From contig RDEW01000008.1 in assembly GCA_011109175.1 (NCBI GenBank), forward strand, positions 1,400,447 to 1,433,446: a stretch of DNA of 33,000 nt, given 5' to 3'. Positions 23,000-33,000 of this stretch are shown piece by piece (within the stretch, counting starts at the first letter, position 1; each line of letters opens with the position of its first letter). The notes beneath the pieces are model-generated. The model was not told the origin of the DNA and ran no database searches. It was given only the letters and a program-made list of their open reading frames with translations. The position numbers and the translations under genes are program-made. The DNA is from Dicyema japonicum. Lineage: Eukaryota > Animalia > Dicyemida.

Positions 23000-23370
23000 C
23001 AGTTATGAAAGTTCTCCAACTCCGACATTCTATACTTGAAAACATCCGGGAGTTTGTTGCATACGTTCGTTGTTGAGGGAATAGAACAAAAGAAAATATG
23101 TATTAAAAATCTACATCTAAAAAGTGGACATCCGAGATAGACTACTTTTATTCTTAAAGATCTTGTATCTTGCAGATATGAAGTGTCTTTTCTTTAATCT
23201 TGTCCCCAAATTGATTTGTCGTTAATATTTTAAAATGCTTAAAGTCAAAAATAATCAATTACATCAAAACTAATCGCAGAAGCTTTTGTGAAAGCTAACA
23301 TTCCCTTTCACAAGTTAATGATTGCATCAAGAAAACGTTTAAAACATTCAATATTCCTTCTGAATTGTAG
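23000..23370 (+). mobile_element. Possible hAT (CGGBP1-like) transposase relic
   Basis: Single recognisable motif EAFVKANIPFHKL (~23278-23318). Confidence 0.4.
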
Positions 23371-23399
23371 AGAAACACTGGTGTATGGTATGGAGCGTT

Positions 23400-24340
23400 G
23401 TTGAAACGGCTTGTATCATTATTTGTTCCAATATGTGTATTTGTTTGGCTAAGAAATTATCTTCAGGAGAGGCAATCTTTTGTGAGGGTGTGCGGAAATT
23501 TATCTGATGCAACATCATTTTAGAAAGGAGTCAGCATTGATCTCTATTTTGTTTAATATATTCATGGCGAGTTTTCCACGTGCGAAGAATATTAATAATA
23601 GTATATTTATGCAGATGGCGTAAATGTGATGTACACATCGCTACATCTGCTATATCTGAAAGAAGAATCCAGGAGTATGTGAACCATATAGAACAATGGG
23701 TCGCATGTGAGCGTTAAAGGTCTCTACTAAAAAATCATGTGCAGTCCGAATAGGCCGTGGGAAAAAACACCTGAAACAGGAATACACAATCGGAATGAAC
23801 AATGCACACAGTTTAAGTTATTTGGCGGTCATTTATGGACACGCAAGAGATTACATGAACGATATAAGGGGAGGAGGAAGAGAGCTTTTTAGTCACACGA
23901 AAGTTAAACGTTAGCAGTGACACCTACCTGTTCATCTTCAAGGGAGTTATTTTTCCTAGCCTACTTTATGGGTGCAAAGGATGTTCTTCTCTCCGAAGCG
24001 GGAGAAGATCTTATCCCTCCAAGAGAAGACAAGGAGAGCTGCAATTTAGCTCCCCTTAAACAAGAAACTAAAAGACTATCTAAGCGAGGACGAAGACAAA
24101 CTGTTAGAACCGATTAGCAGGATTGTGGAGGATCGGATCAACGGTTTCAGAAGGTGATCAAAGATCCAAGACACGTACATAAAACTGAGAGAAACAATTG
24201 AGAAAATTAAAAATAGAAAAAGGAGACAAGTATTGAGTATAAGCCTTAAGGTAAGACTCAGATGTAATACCCTCCAGAAAACTCTTAAAAATCTTCCAGA
24301 TTATCAACACAACAACATTTTTAATATTAGTTTCAATACA
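23400..24340 (+). mobile_element. Decayed LINE RT C-terminal half and 3' end
   Basis: ILFNIFM, IYADG, IQEYVNHIEQW, KLFGGH (degenerate KYLGV); 3' part homologous to 14940-15235. Confidence 0.7.
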
Positions 24341-24401
24341 ACACGTTGAACAATCTCACCCACAGTCATGTTCCATTAATACTGTTTCAATTAAATGTTG
24401 C

Positions 24402-24975
24402 GTACGTATTGGGATCTCATTGCGACTGGGATTAAAAGTCTGTGTTCTACATCCGTGACAATGCGGAGACCAGATCGACTGTTTTAGCCTACATCCTCTC
24501 TCCTGCAGAAAGAGTGCAGGCAGATTTCCCAGACACATGGCCTTGAACGAAGTTGTTAGAAAAGCTTAGGACGCCGCCGGACACCCCTCCATGCTCGAAC
24601 CAGACGGTCTTTGCAGGTGGGACGGAAAACGACCACCTGCACCGACACGTTTGCCTTTTGCAACCTACTTCAAAGTGCATCTGGAGCCTGTTCTGCCGCT
24701 GAAAAGGCAGAGAAGTTGAAACGGGAAAAGTAGGCTTTTTTACCCAAGGATTTTTGTTTGTTCCACTCGCCGTTGAGACTTCTGGTTCCCTTGCGCCTAC
24801 GATGCTGAAATTTCTTAAGTCGTCTAGGGAATCGGATCGCTACATGAACAGGAGACCCTCGTGAGCGCTGCTGGTTATTTGAGCGAATCTCGCTCGCCAT
24901 CCTGAGAGGAAATAGCCACGCAGTGAGGCCAGTCGCTAAATAACCGTTTACTATCGTTTCTTTCCTTAATAAATA
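24402..24975 (+). mobile_element. CRE-clade element 3' end: CCHC-like knuckle + restriction-like endonuclease
   Basis: [69 protein letters not shown]; AATAAATA tail. Confidence 0.9.
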
Positions 24976-25364
24976 CTTTCGAATTAAATGTCCGTTAGAA
25001 AATTGCAATTAAACTTCGCCTCTTCCATTAATGTCCAAAAATTGACTTCTTCCATGGCTACTGTTCAGTAAGCAGCGCTCGAATTTCCTCCGAAAACTGC
25101 ACAGTCTGCGTCTCTCCAAAGAGATAACATCCTGCACGCTCTGACAGGCTGACTTCTCGACAAATTCACTTGGACCAACTATCGAGATGGAAGCCAAAGG
25201 GGTCGGTGACACTTCTGATATCCTTAAGCACCCGCGGTAAAGATAGCAAAACAAGTAGAGGCGGAGAGGCAACTGCCATCCAAAAGTAGTCCTCTTCTCC
25301 CCTTGGGTTCGCATCCTCATAAGTAGTGATGGATAGTCCAGCTTCTTCAGCCAATTAATCTTTT

Positions 25365-25790
25365 TACGCTGCATACAATGAGTCGGTCCTGCTATATAAC
25401 TCTTCCTGCTGGGGGACTTCGATCTCAGAAACCAAAAATAATAACTCCTTCCGCCGAAGGCAATTACGAATACTGTGCGGGGTACAATGGCTGACACGGA
25501 TCAACAATGAGGCACTGTACCGAAAGTGCTCAGCGCGACCTGTGATTTGGGAAGTGGTGGTGGCCCGATGGAGACTGCTTGGACACGTCCTACGGATGGA
25601 CCCTGCAAATTTGGTAATGGAGAAATATTTCGCTGCAAGTGGAAAGAAATGTCGGGGGCGCCCGCGTACTACGCTACCGGGAGTGTTGGATGAGGATCTC
25701 AAGGCAATCAACCTGAGGCTCGTAAGTGGGGAGGATCTGTATGTTATGAGAAGTTTGGCGTGTAACAGGGGAGGATGACGAGATTGATCA
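25365..25790 (+). mobile_element. RTE-like LINE C-terminus
   Basis: ESVLLYNSSCW..FRRRQLRILCGVQW..INNEALY..RWRLLGHVLRMD..RGRPRTTLP. Confidence 0.88.
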
Positions 25791-26329
25791 GAAAAATTGC
25801 TTTAAGTGCCAATTATAATTCTACGATAGTTGCCTATAATAATCATATTACAATGAGGATGTTATCTTGCAAGCGGCTCTACGAGACTCAAAAGTCTTAA
25901 AAAACTCAGAGACAATTGAAAAGGTCTCGATATTAAGTGGAGGATCTTCAAGAGCGAACTAGTGTGCAGGTTTACTTATATCTTAAAACATTTGGGTATT
26001 AATAATAATTTTGACATTAACAATATAAGTAAAACAGGAAGTCACTTTCATCTTTAAGGGATGAAAGTTACGTCATCACTTCAACCATCTAAAAATGTCA
26101 ACAACAATGGGTGGGATTTAAAGTTATTTTTCAAAACGACATAAACAATTCATTTTTCGATTCTGCCAAAAATTAATTCGCGGAATAGTAATAATCTTAT
26201 CTTGGGTAAGCAAACCGTGCTGCTGGTCATCGATAATCTTATTGTGCATTGTCAGGAAATATTCCTCTAGGTATTTGAATTAATCAAAACCTGTTGGGTT
26301 GGTGAATCAGATGCTTCTTTAACGTTTCC

Positions 26330-26720
26330 TATTCACACTTGATTCCATAACTTCGTCTAGGAATGTTAGATAGATAAAGATGGCGGAAGAAGCAATTATG
26401 AACGCTCTCAGGAGGTATTCGCTCCAGTATCATGTTCTCTTCGATAGTTCGTATCACACGTGTAGATACAAAGTCATGTATACATTTTGTTTAGGCTTGG
26501 TTTTTTTTGGAGGTGAGATTTTTATGAATGTTCTTGGAGATCAGTAAATGTTTCCGTATGTGTCTAAGGTTGATGGATTTAAGCAATGGGAACATTGGAT
26601 GGTTCGGGTCAAGTGATTGTCGTACAACACTCAATGCTGAGCTGTGGACCTGCTGCAACTTTTGTAGGAGGGAGAGCGCTATGCAAGGAACCCAGGTTAG
26701 GAACCAGAATGAGCTAATTT
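26330..26720 (-). mobile_element. I-group LINE post-RT remnant
   Basis: TWVPCIALSLLQKLQQVHSSAL..DPNHP..ENMILERIPP. Confidence 0.5.
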
Positions 26721-27829
26721 ATGACCATTACAAAATCAAATTTAAAGATATGAAAACAGAGGTTGACTTTACTTTTATGTTTTGCAGAAGAGGATTGATA
26801 ACCTGTAGCGTGGGGATTCGAGCTATCTGAACTTAAATCCATAGACGTGAATCCGAATACCTCCGATGGAAACACGCTTTGTCTGTCTACATCAAAGGAA
26901 AAAAACTAATTTTCACTTTTAATTGGATTCCATCGCAGGGATGTGAGAAGGCATTTTTGTTTCCTAGAGGGGACCACAGACGCTGGATAATTCAGTTGAC
27001 TGATGAAACTGATATATGTGACGTTATTTATGTCTATTTTTCTAAGTAATCTGGATATAAATAAATGGAGTTAGGAGGAATTAAAAATCATTTAAAAAAG
27101 TATAGGATGCACCAAGGATCCGGGTTTGAATCCCGTTTAACCCTTAAAGAATCTAACCTTAATTTTTATATGTTCAAAACGTTTCTAATTTTGTGTAGGA
27201 GTCTTCCTAATTATCTGATCTCAATAAAGAAATTAATTTCTTAATTATTGGTTACGACTATATAGTCATCCACCTGTTCGTATTCAAGTTTACTTAATAT
27301 TCAGAAAGTTCCGCATGATGAGTTAGAAATGGATATGTAATCTCAAATAGTTTAGCAAATAAACAAACTAATGGAACGAAAAACATTTTGTTATCATCAA
27401 TCACACGTTCACTTCAACCCTTACCTCAAGTTAAATGTGATCCTGACCAATTTTAACTCGAAAACTTTGAAAATCATATCTAAGTGTCCTAGTCGTCAAT
27501 TTAGACGATAATACCCTCACACGTCATGAAACTATATCTCGAAAATAAGTTACGTCACCACCGATATACTTTCAATATAGCATTGTGATGCCAAAGCGGT
27601 TCAACTCGAAAAATCGGTCACCCTACTTTACTGTGCCTGTTACGATAAACTCCTTTACAGTCCATCTAACTCTCTTTCTCTCTGAGGTCGGCAGGGAGCA
27701 TCAATAAAAAATTTTAACACCGCAATAAAAATCACAGAATTTAAATAGACAAGCAAATCTAACAAAAAACGCTAAAAATAATTATCATTAAAAAAGACTA
27801 TTATTTCAATATAATTTTAAGATCATTAT

Positions 27830-30400
27830 TATTTATGAGATCAAACGTAATCTAAGTGACCACAAAGCGAACATGAGAGGATCTTTACAACAAATCATTC
27901 AGTTCATTATCATTCTTCAATATTTGTCGCTTTTTATCACATGAGAGCTCCACGAGGTCAAAATAGAGTCCTTAAGTGAGACAGAATGGTACAAATGAAA
28001 TCATCAATAGACTCAATAGTTGTAGATATCCTCGATCAAGTAAGCCCATTTCATGTCACAAGTAATCTTATTCGGATGGTTCGAATAAGTAACTCGTTTC
28101 TAAGGGTAATAGATTAATTTTCAAGTTATCGAGATCTTTTACGTTAATTGAAAAATAAAAAATCAATTTTACCTTCATTTATGAGATCTATTGGGGTAAA
28201 TCAAAGTACTTATAACCATATATAATATATATTAAAGTAGTCATGGGAATCTCGCATGATGAATTCACAACAACAAAATACAAACTCAATTAAAATCCAT
28301 TTAGTTTATTTACGGTATTAATTTATGAATAATTCAAATTATTTATAAGGATTTCGTATGGATTGATATTTTTTAGAAATTTCGATCAATTGTTTTTGCC
28401 GATTAAAAAAGAAAATAGAGTATACATTATTATTCTTGGAAAGGAATGAAGTACAAAGTTACTATAAAATAGAAATTACGATTGAAATTTGATGAGCTGT
28501 CGGATACTATTTACTATATCGACAATACATCAACAATAAAGAAATTTGAAGAAAAGATACTTTTAGTGGTCCACAAGATTTATTGCATCAGGAAAATGTA
28601 TAAATGTACTCTTATTCCTTTAACATCTTTTAAAGAGAAATTTTCGAAACGTTGTATCCGAAGAAAGAAACGAGAATAAAATTCGGCTAAAAATTGTTTC
28701 AATTGGTTTTTAATAAAATTTTGTCTGAGGAAGAACAAAACAATAAAGGAGAGCGAAGTAGAAATTGCAACACTGGTAAACGAATTGAACCGAATCCATC
28801 TAAGACTATCCTGGCCAATGAGATCTTCAACATAAATGACAGCATTGAGATAATTAATTGTTTTTCTTTAACAAAAAAATTAATAAGTAAATTCATTGGA
28901 CATATTGCAAGAATCCACAAAAAAGTAAAAAAGATATTATTGCATTTCCCTGAGGACAATTGTTTTTATCAAAATAGTGAAACCGAAGAAAAGGTAGAAC
29001 AAATAAAAAATTCTCAACAGTGGAACAAAACGATGTTAAAATTCTTGAATATCTTTACTATATAGAAACTCTGTTAGTTTTCAAATGAATCCATTCTACA
29101 AAAAAATGAAAAACTAAAAAATTCGAACAAAATTATGTGTATATTTCCATGAAACTGGACTTTAATGCTTCAAATGTATTTGTTCCCATTTTAATGCTTC
29201 TTATGTATACTGAACAAAACAATGTCAAAATTCTTGGAACTCTTTACTTTATAGACACTGTTAGTTTTCAAATAAATCCATTCTACAAAAGTCAAGGTAT
29301 CGATAAGTTCAAATAAATTTACGAAACAATTTCTATGAAACTGGACTCACTGATCTGCATGTAACTTATCCAAACTATCGGACCGAGCTAACAAGAAGTT
29401 CGTCAATGCACAATTGGAGATATGATAAGCCATAATGTCAATATTAGTCTATAAACTCCCAGATTATATCATCACATAATAGAAAATATATAATATTCCC
29501 AGCTAATATGACATAAAATAAGCTGTTCAAAAATACGAAATCCAATATACTGAAAAAATAAATTCTTCTTATAAATGTAATATTATAGTTCATCGCAAAC
29601 ATAGAAGATTAGCACGGACATCGGGTTTATGCACAATAACTTTATCCTAATTATGGGGGTCTGTCATCAAAATGTCTAATAGTTTGACAATTATTTGGAA
29701 TTACTGAATTTAACTGAGGTAGGTCTACTGAATATGACATTGAATCCAATTAAACTGGAAATGGTAAAATGTCGGAGATTTTAGAAGATGTGGTAAGAAT
29801 TCACGGGATGTTAGTGCATATTCTAAACAAATAGGAGAAAGCCTGTGTATATCAATAAAAATTTCTTTTCAATCTTTCAAAAGCAAAAACTGAATCTAAA
29901 TATATTGATCTTTTCAGGAACATATTTAATCGTAATTATTAATAATTCAATAACTCTGTTACGCATGCATAAATTCAAGCAATCAATGGCTTTACAAAAT
30001 TCAATTCCTTTCAATGCAATCAATACATAAATTTGAAGGATGAGTCGAATATATAAAAATACTTGGTCAAGTTAAATAACGAGGAAATAAGAAGGCCACT
30101 GGATTGTTTGGAAGTCATCACAAAAAGAAGAAAAATCAAATGGAACGGTGTAATATCATATTTGCCAAAAAGAGTAATGCCTTACTCAGAGAAAACTTTA
30201 ATAATGAAATAATTTGTTTGTAATAAATGTGAAAAATTTGACATAGTATAGACAATATTGCACAATATAAAAAATATATCCGAATAATGCTGAAATAATA
30301 TAGTTTATGATTAACAAAACATTTATATAAAACATTCTGGTAACAAATTCCAACATTATTGTCAGATATAACAAAATAAATAAATTTTTGTAAGCAAATA
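27830..30400 (+). pseudogene. Degenerate LRR-like gene, probable paralog of the 20477-22397 gene
   Basis: Frameshift-corrected NFFSIFQK.K...KYIDL.GTYL (~29860-29930) resembles NFFSIFKKANNLTCVNLSGYFI. Many stops; boundaries are rough. Confidence 0.45.
29023..29347 (+). repeat. Diverged tandem duplication with ~189-bp period
   Basis: GAACAAAAC.ATGT.AAAATTCTTG at 29023 and 29212; CTGTTAGTTTTCAAAT.AATCCATTCTACAAAA and ATGAAACTGGACT are also repeated. Confidence 0.85.
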
Positions 30401-30899
30401 AACAATACTCAACAACACCACCACATAATGTTATCTGACGCGTGTTAGTGAATTATTAGATTTTAGGTTTGCCACACTGTATTATTGTTTTTATATATAT
30501 TAAATAATAAAATTTATTTTTATTATATTTTTTTATTCCTTTTACGAATTTTTAACCTTTTACGTATTTTCGGTATATATTTTTGCAACAATGTCACGTT
30601 CTCTGTCACGCTTTTTACAACGTAAAAAGACAGCTCTGTATCCAAATGATATTCTATGAAAAACGAGGTTATTTCTATTAACATAACACCTACGATTCTT
30701 GGAATACCTTTGATCAGTTACTCTCCTTTTTAGAGTTATTAAGATCAAGCTAACTTAATTGCGTGAAGTAATTAAAATATCCTAACAAAAAAGAAAGAGG
30801 TTAAGAACTATTTTAATTGCTTTGCTTTTTTTCAACATAGTCAATTATCTGAAAAATAATCCAAGAGTTAACCGCTGAAGACAATGACGACAAAATATT

Positions 30900-32310
30900 A
30901 AAATTATTTCTTTGACATATTTCTGTCCCCGGTTATCAGTTTTCTCAGTCAAAACAAAATTTTCAGATCTATAATAAATGAAAATAATGTACCTGCCTAC
31001 GCAGTGGAACTTGAAAATTCTAATCGTCTGTATCATCGGCTTGCTCCTCCCATTATAACTGGAGACTTGAATTTCAAAGTGAGGAAAAGCGGGACGAATC
31101 AATTTGCCTGAACAGCCACGCTCGAAAATCAGAAATCTGTCCGGGAAGGTCTTTATACACTTCTGCGAGACTGCTCTCTTGTAACTCGGCGTTTTGACAT
31201 GCAGCGCGACATAAAACGACGTTGACAGGGCAGAGGAGAGACTCTTGTAGAAATCACGTCTATACATTTAACCAAATCGACTACATACTATCTAGGCAAA
31301 AAACACTGAAGGGGCTACCCACGGATTTCCGTTCATACAGTGGTATGATGACCTCAAGTGATGACAAACTATTAGGACACGTCTCATTCTAGAGACGCTT
31401 TGGAATCTCCAGAGCACTGGCAACTCGTACGCGGAGCAGGACCTTGGCCGTGGTGGCTCTATTTGCTACCGATAATACCCGTAAAAAGAACGGCGAGAAA
31501 ATATCGAAACTGCTTGAGAATGTTGACACGAATATGTTATCTGGGCAGCTATGGAAATATATTTCGATCAGAGTCAGTCAGGCTGCCGGATGGAACTGGG
31601 AAATCGTCAAAGGATGTTCAAGGGAACTTTTGACAAATAGAAGAATTGGCAAAAAATTAAAGGAAATTCCAACTTTTAATAGAGTCTTCAAACTATACAA
31701 GCTTCACTGACTCTCTTAAAGGAGAAAGTAACAGAATCAAATACAAAATAAAGAAAAGAGTGAGGGAACTATCCCGGCACTAACATGGCAAAAGTCGTCG
31801 GAAGATACGAACATGATGCAAAAATGTTTGCTGTGGTTAAACAATTATTCCGCAATTATCAGATCGGAAAAATCGTAGTTTTCGATGATGTTGGAAAGTA
31901 ATAATCAACGGCCGAGAATCTGTAAATAAATTTGCTCTTGTTTACAAAAAACGACTAAATCTCAATGAACACTTGGAACCGTTTGAAGGAATTCCCAAAA
32001 ACCTGAATCAAAACATTACGAAGTCGTTTCAGCTTAGGGTAAGCTCAAAAATGGCAGAATCCCTGGGCCGGACAACGTGAGTGCAGAATTATTGAAATAT
32101 GCGCCAGATAGGGTGGCTGAGTAAATCTACACAGTCCTGAACATGACGTTCAAAATTCACAGTCCATTCAATGGAGGGAATGGCACCTTGATCCCAAATC
32201 AGAAACCTGGAAAGAAGAGAAATCTAAACAGTCTACACTCCATTAACACTAATGAATACGATAAGGAAAATACTTTCCCTTGTTGTGCTGTTTCGTATTT
32301 CAGGCCCTGT
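30900..32310 (+). mobile_element. Decayed RTE-like LINE: APE endonuclease, linker and RT N-terminus
   Basis: IITGDLN, HAARHKTT, NQIDYIL, SYSG..TSSD(D)KL; LKNGRIPGPDNVSAELLKY, GNGTLIPNQKPGK, ITLMNTIRKILSL. Confidence 0.88.
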
Positions 32311-33000
32311 AAATGACAGAAGGGATGATATTACTACATCATTACACACTTGATCTAATAACCGCTTTCTACTTTTTGCCTTCATCAATTCTTAAGAGTT
32401 CTCATCAGATCCATCTAACTCAGGAGACGCCACTTACTTGTCAGGAATCCAAAAAAGATCTCTCTTCTCACCCACATCAGAATACTTTACCAGGATATAC
32501 ACTATCAATACGTCCTATAGCGATGATATTTTATTATGAGAGAATTGAGCAACCTGCTTCTCAATTAAGGGGAGATGTAATATGCCAAATCCGAGATATT
32601 TTGATGATGTCAGGAGTGTCGTAAATATTGCATAATATCTCACAGAAGACTGATATTTACTGTAATAGGTTGTGAAGCATCCAAAAACAGTTTTAAATTG
32701 GATGACCTTAAGATTTTTATTAGCACATATATATTTGTTTACCAAACCTATAAATGCTGACGTCCTCAGTATAATTGGCTTTAAAATCCTCATCAGTACG
32801 CTATCGTCCAGAGGCTGTTAACTTTGAAGATTGAATAGGGCTATAGATTTATCTCAAGTGCCTGTTAGACTGCCTGTTAAACGAAACAACGTATATGGTG
32901 GAAACTGCTTTCAGATAAGGTTTCCACGATTGTCTTCCACGACATCAATGCAGAAGATCCTTACTTTAATTTTGCTTCAGATAAGATAAGGCTAAAACCT

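Noticed and set aside
24402-24943. Stop-codon reassignment (many in-frame TAA/TAG/TGA, tiny introns as in ciliates)
   Set aside because: Stops replace different expected residues (C, L, Y), frameshifts co-occur, and the intact kinesin exons have none; this is random decay.
26990-27020. CTGATGA motifs (also ~32790 and ~32403, minus strand) as hammerheads
   Set aside because: No stem II followed by GAAA.

Overview
AT-rich eukaryotic (most likely animal) genomic DNA, dense in decayed transposons. Identifiable elements: at least 7 fragments of an RTE-like LINE family; an I-group (Ingi-like) LINE with near-intact 5' end plus two further fragments; two CRE-clade fragments; an R4/NeSL-type restriction-like endonuclease fragment; CR1/L2-like remnants; pogo/Tigger and hAT transposase relics; and a ~310-bp (AATA)n-tailed SINE-like repeat in 3 copies. 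Host genes are split by very small GT-AG introns (21-29 nt) that the ORF track misses: the 5' part of a kinesin motor gene (cut at an N at 22398), an EGF-repeat gene, and one fairly clear plus two possible divergent ZYG11/ZER1-like (LRR+ARM) genes or pseudogenes. The main finding is an RNA module with HDV-ribozyme-like nested pseudoknot topology, supported by compensatory changes but with a non-canonical core. It sits at the 5' end of the Ingi-like LINE, just upstream of a degenerate 2A 'stop-go' peptide fused to the APE domain, and is shared with the SINE-like repeat. All assignments come from manual translation, manual folding and recalled family motifs; no searches were run.
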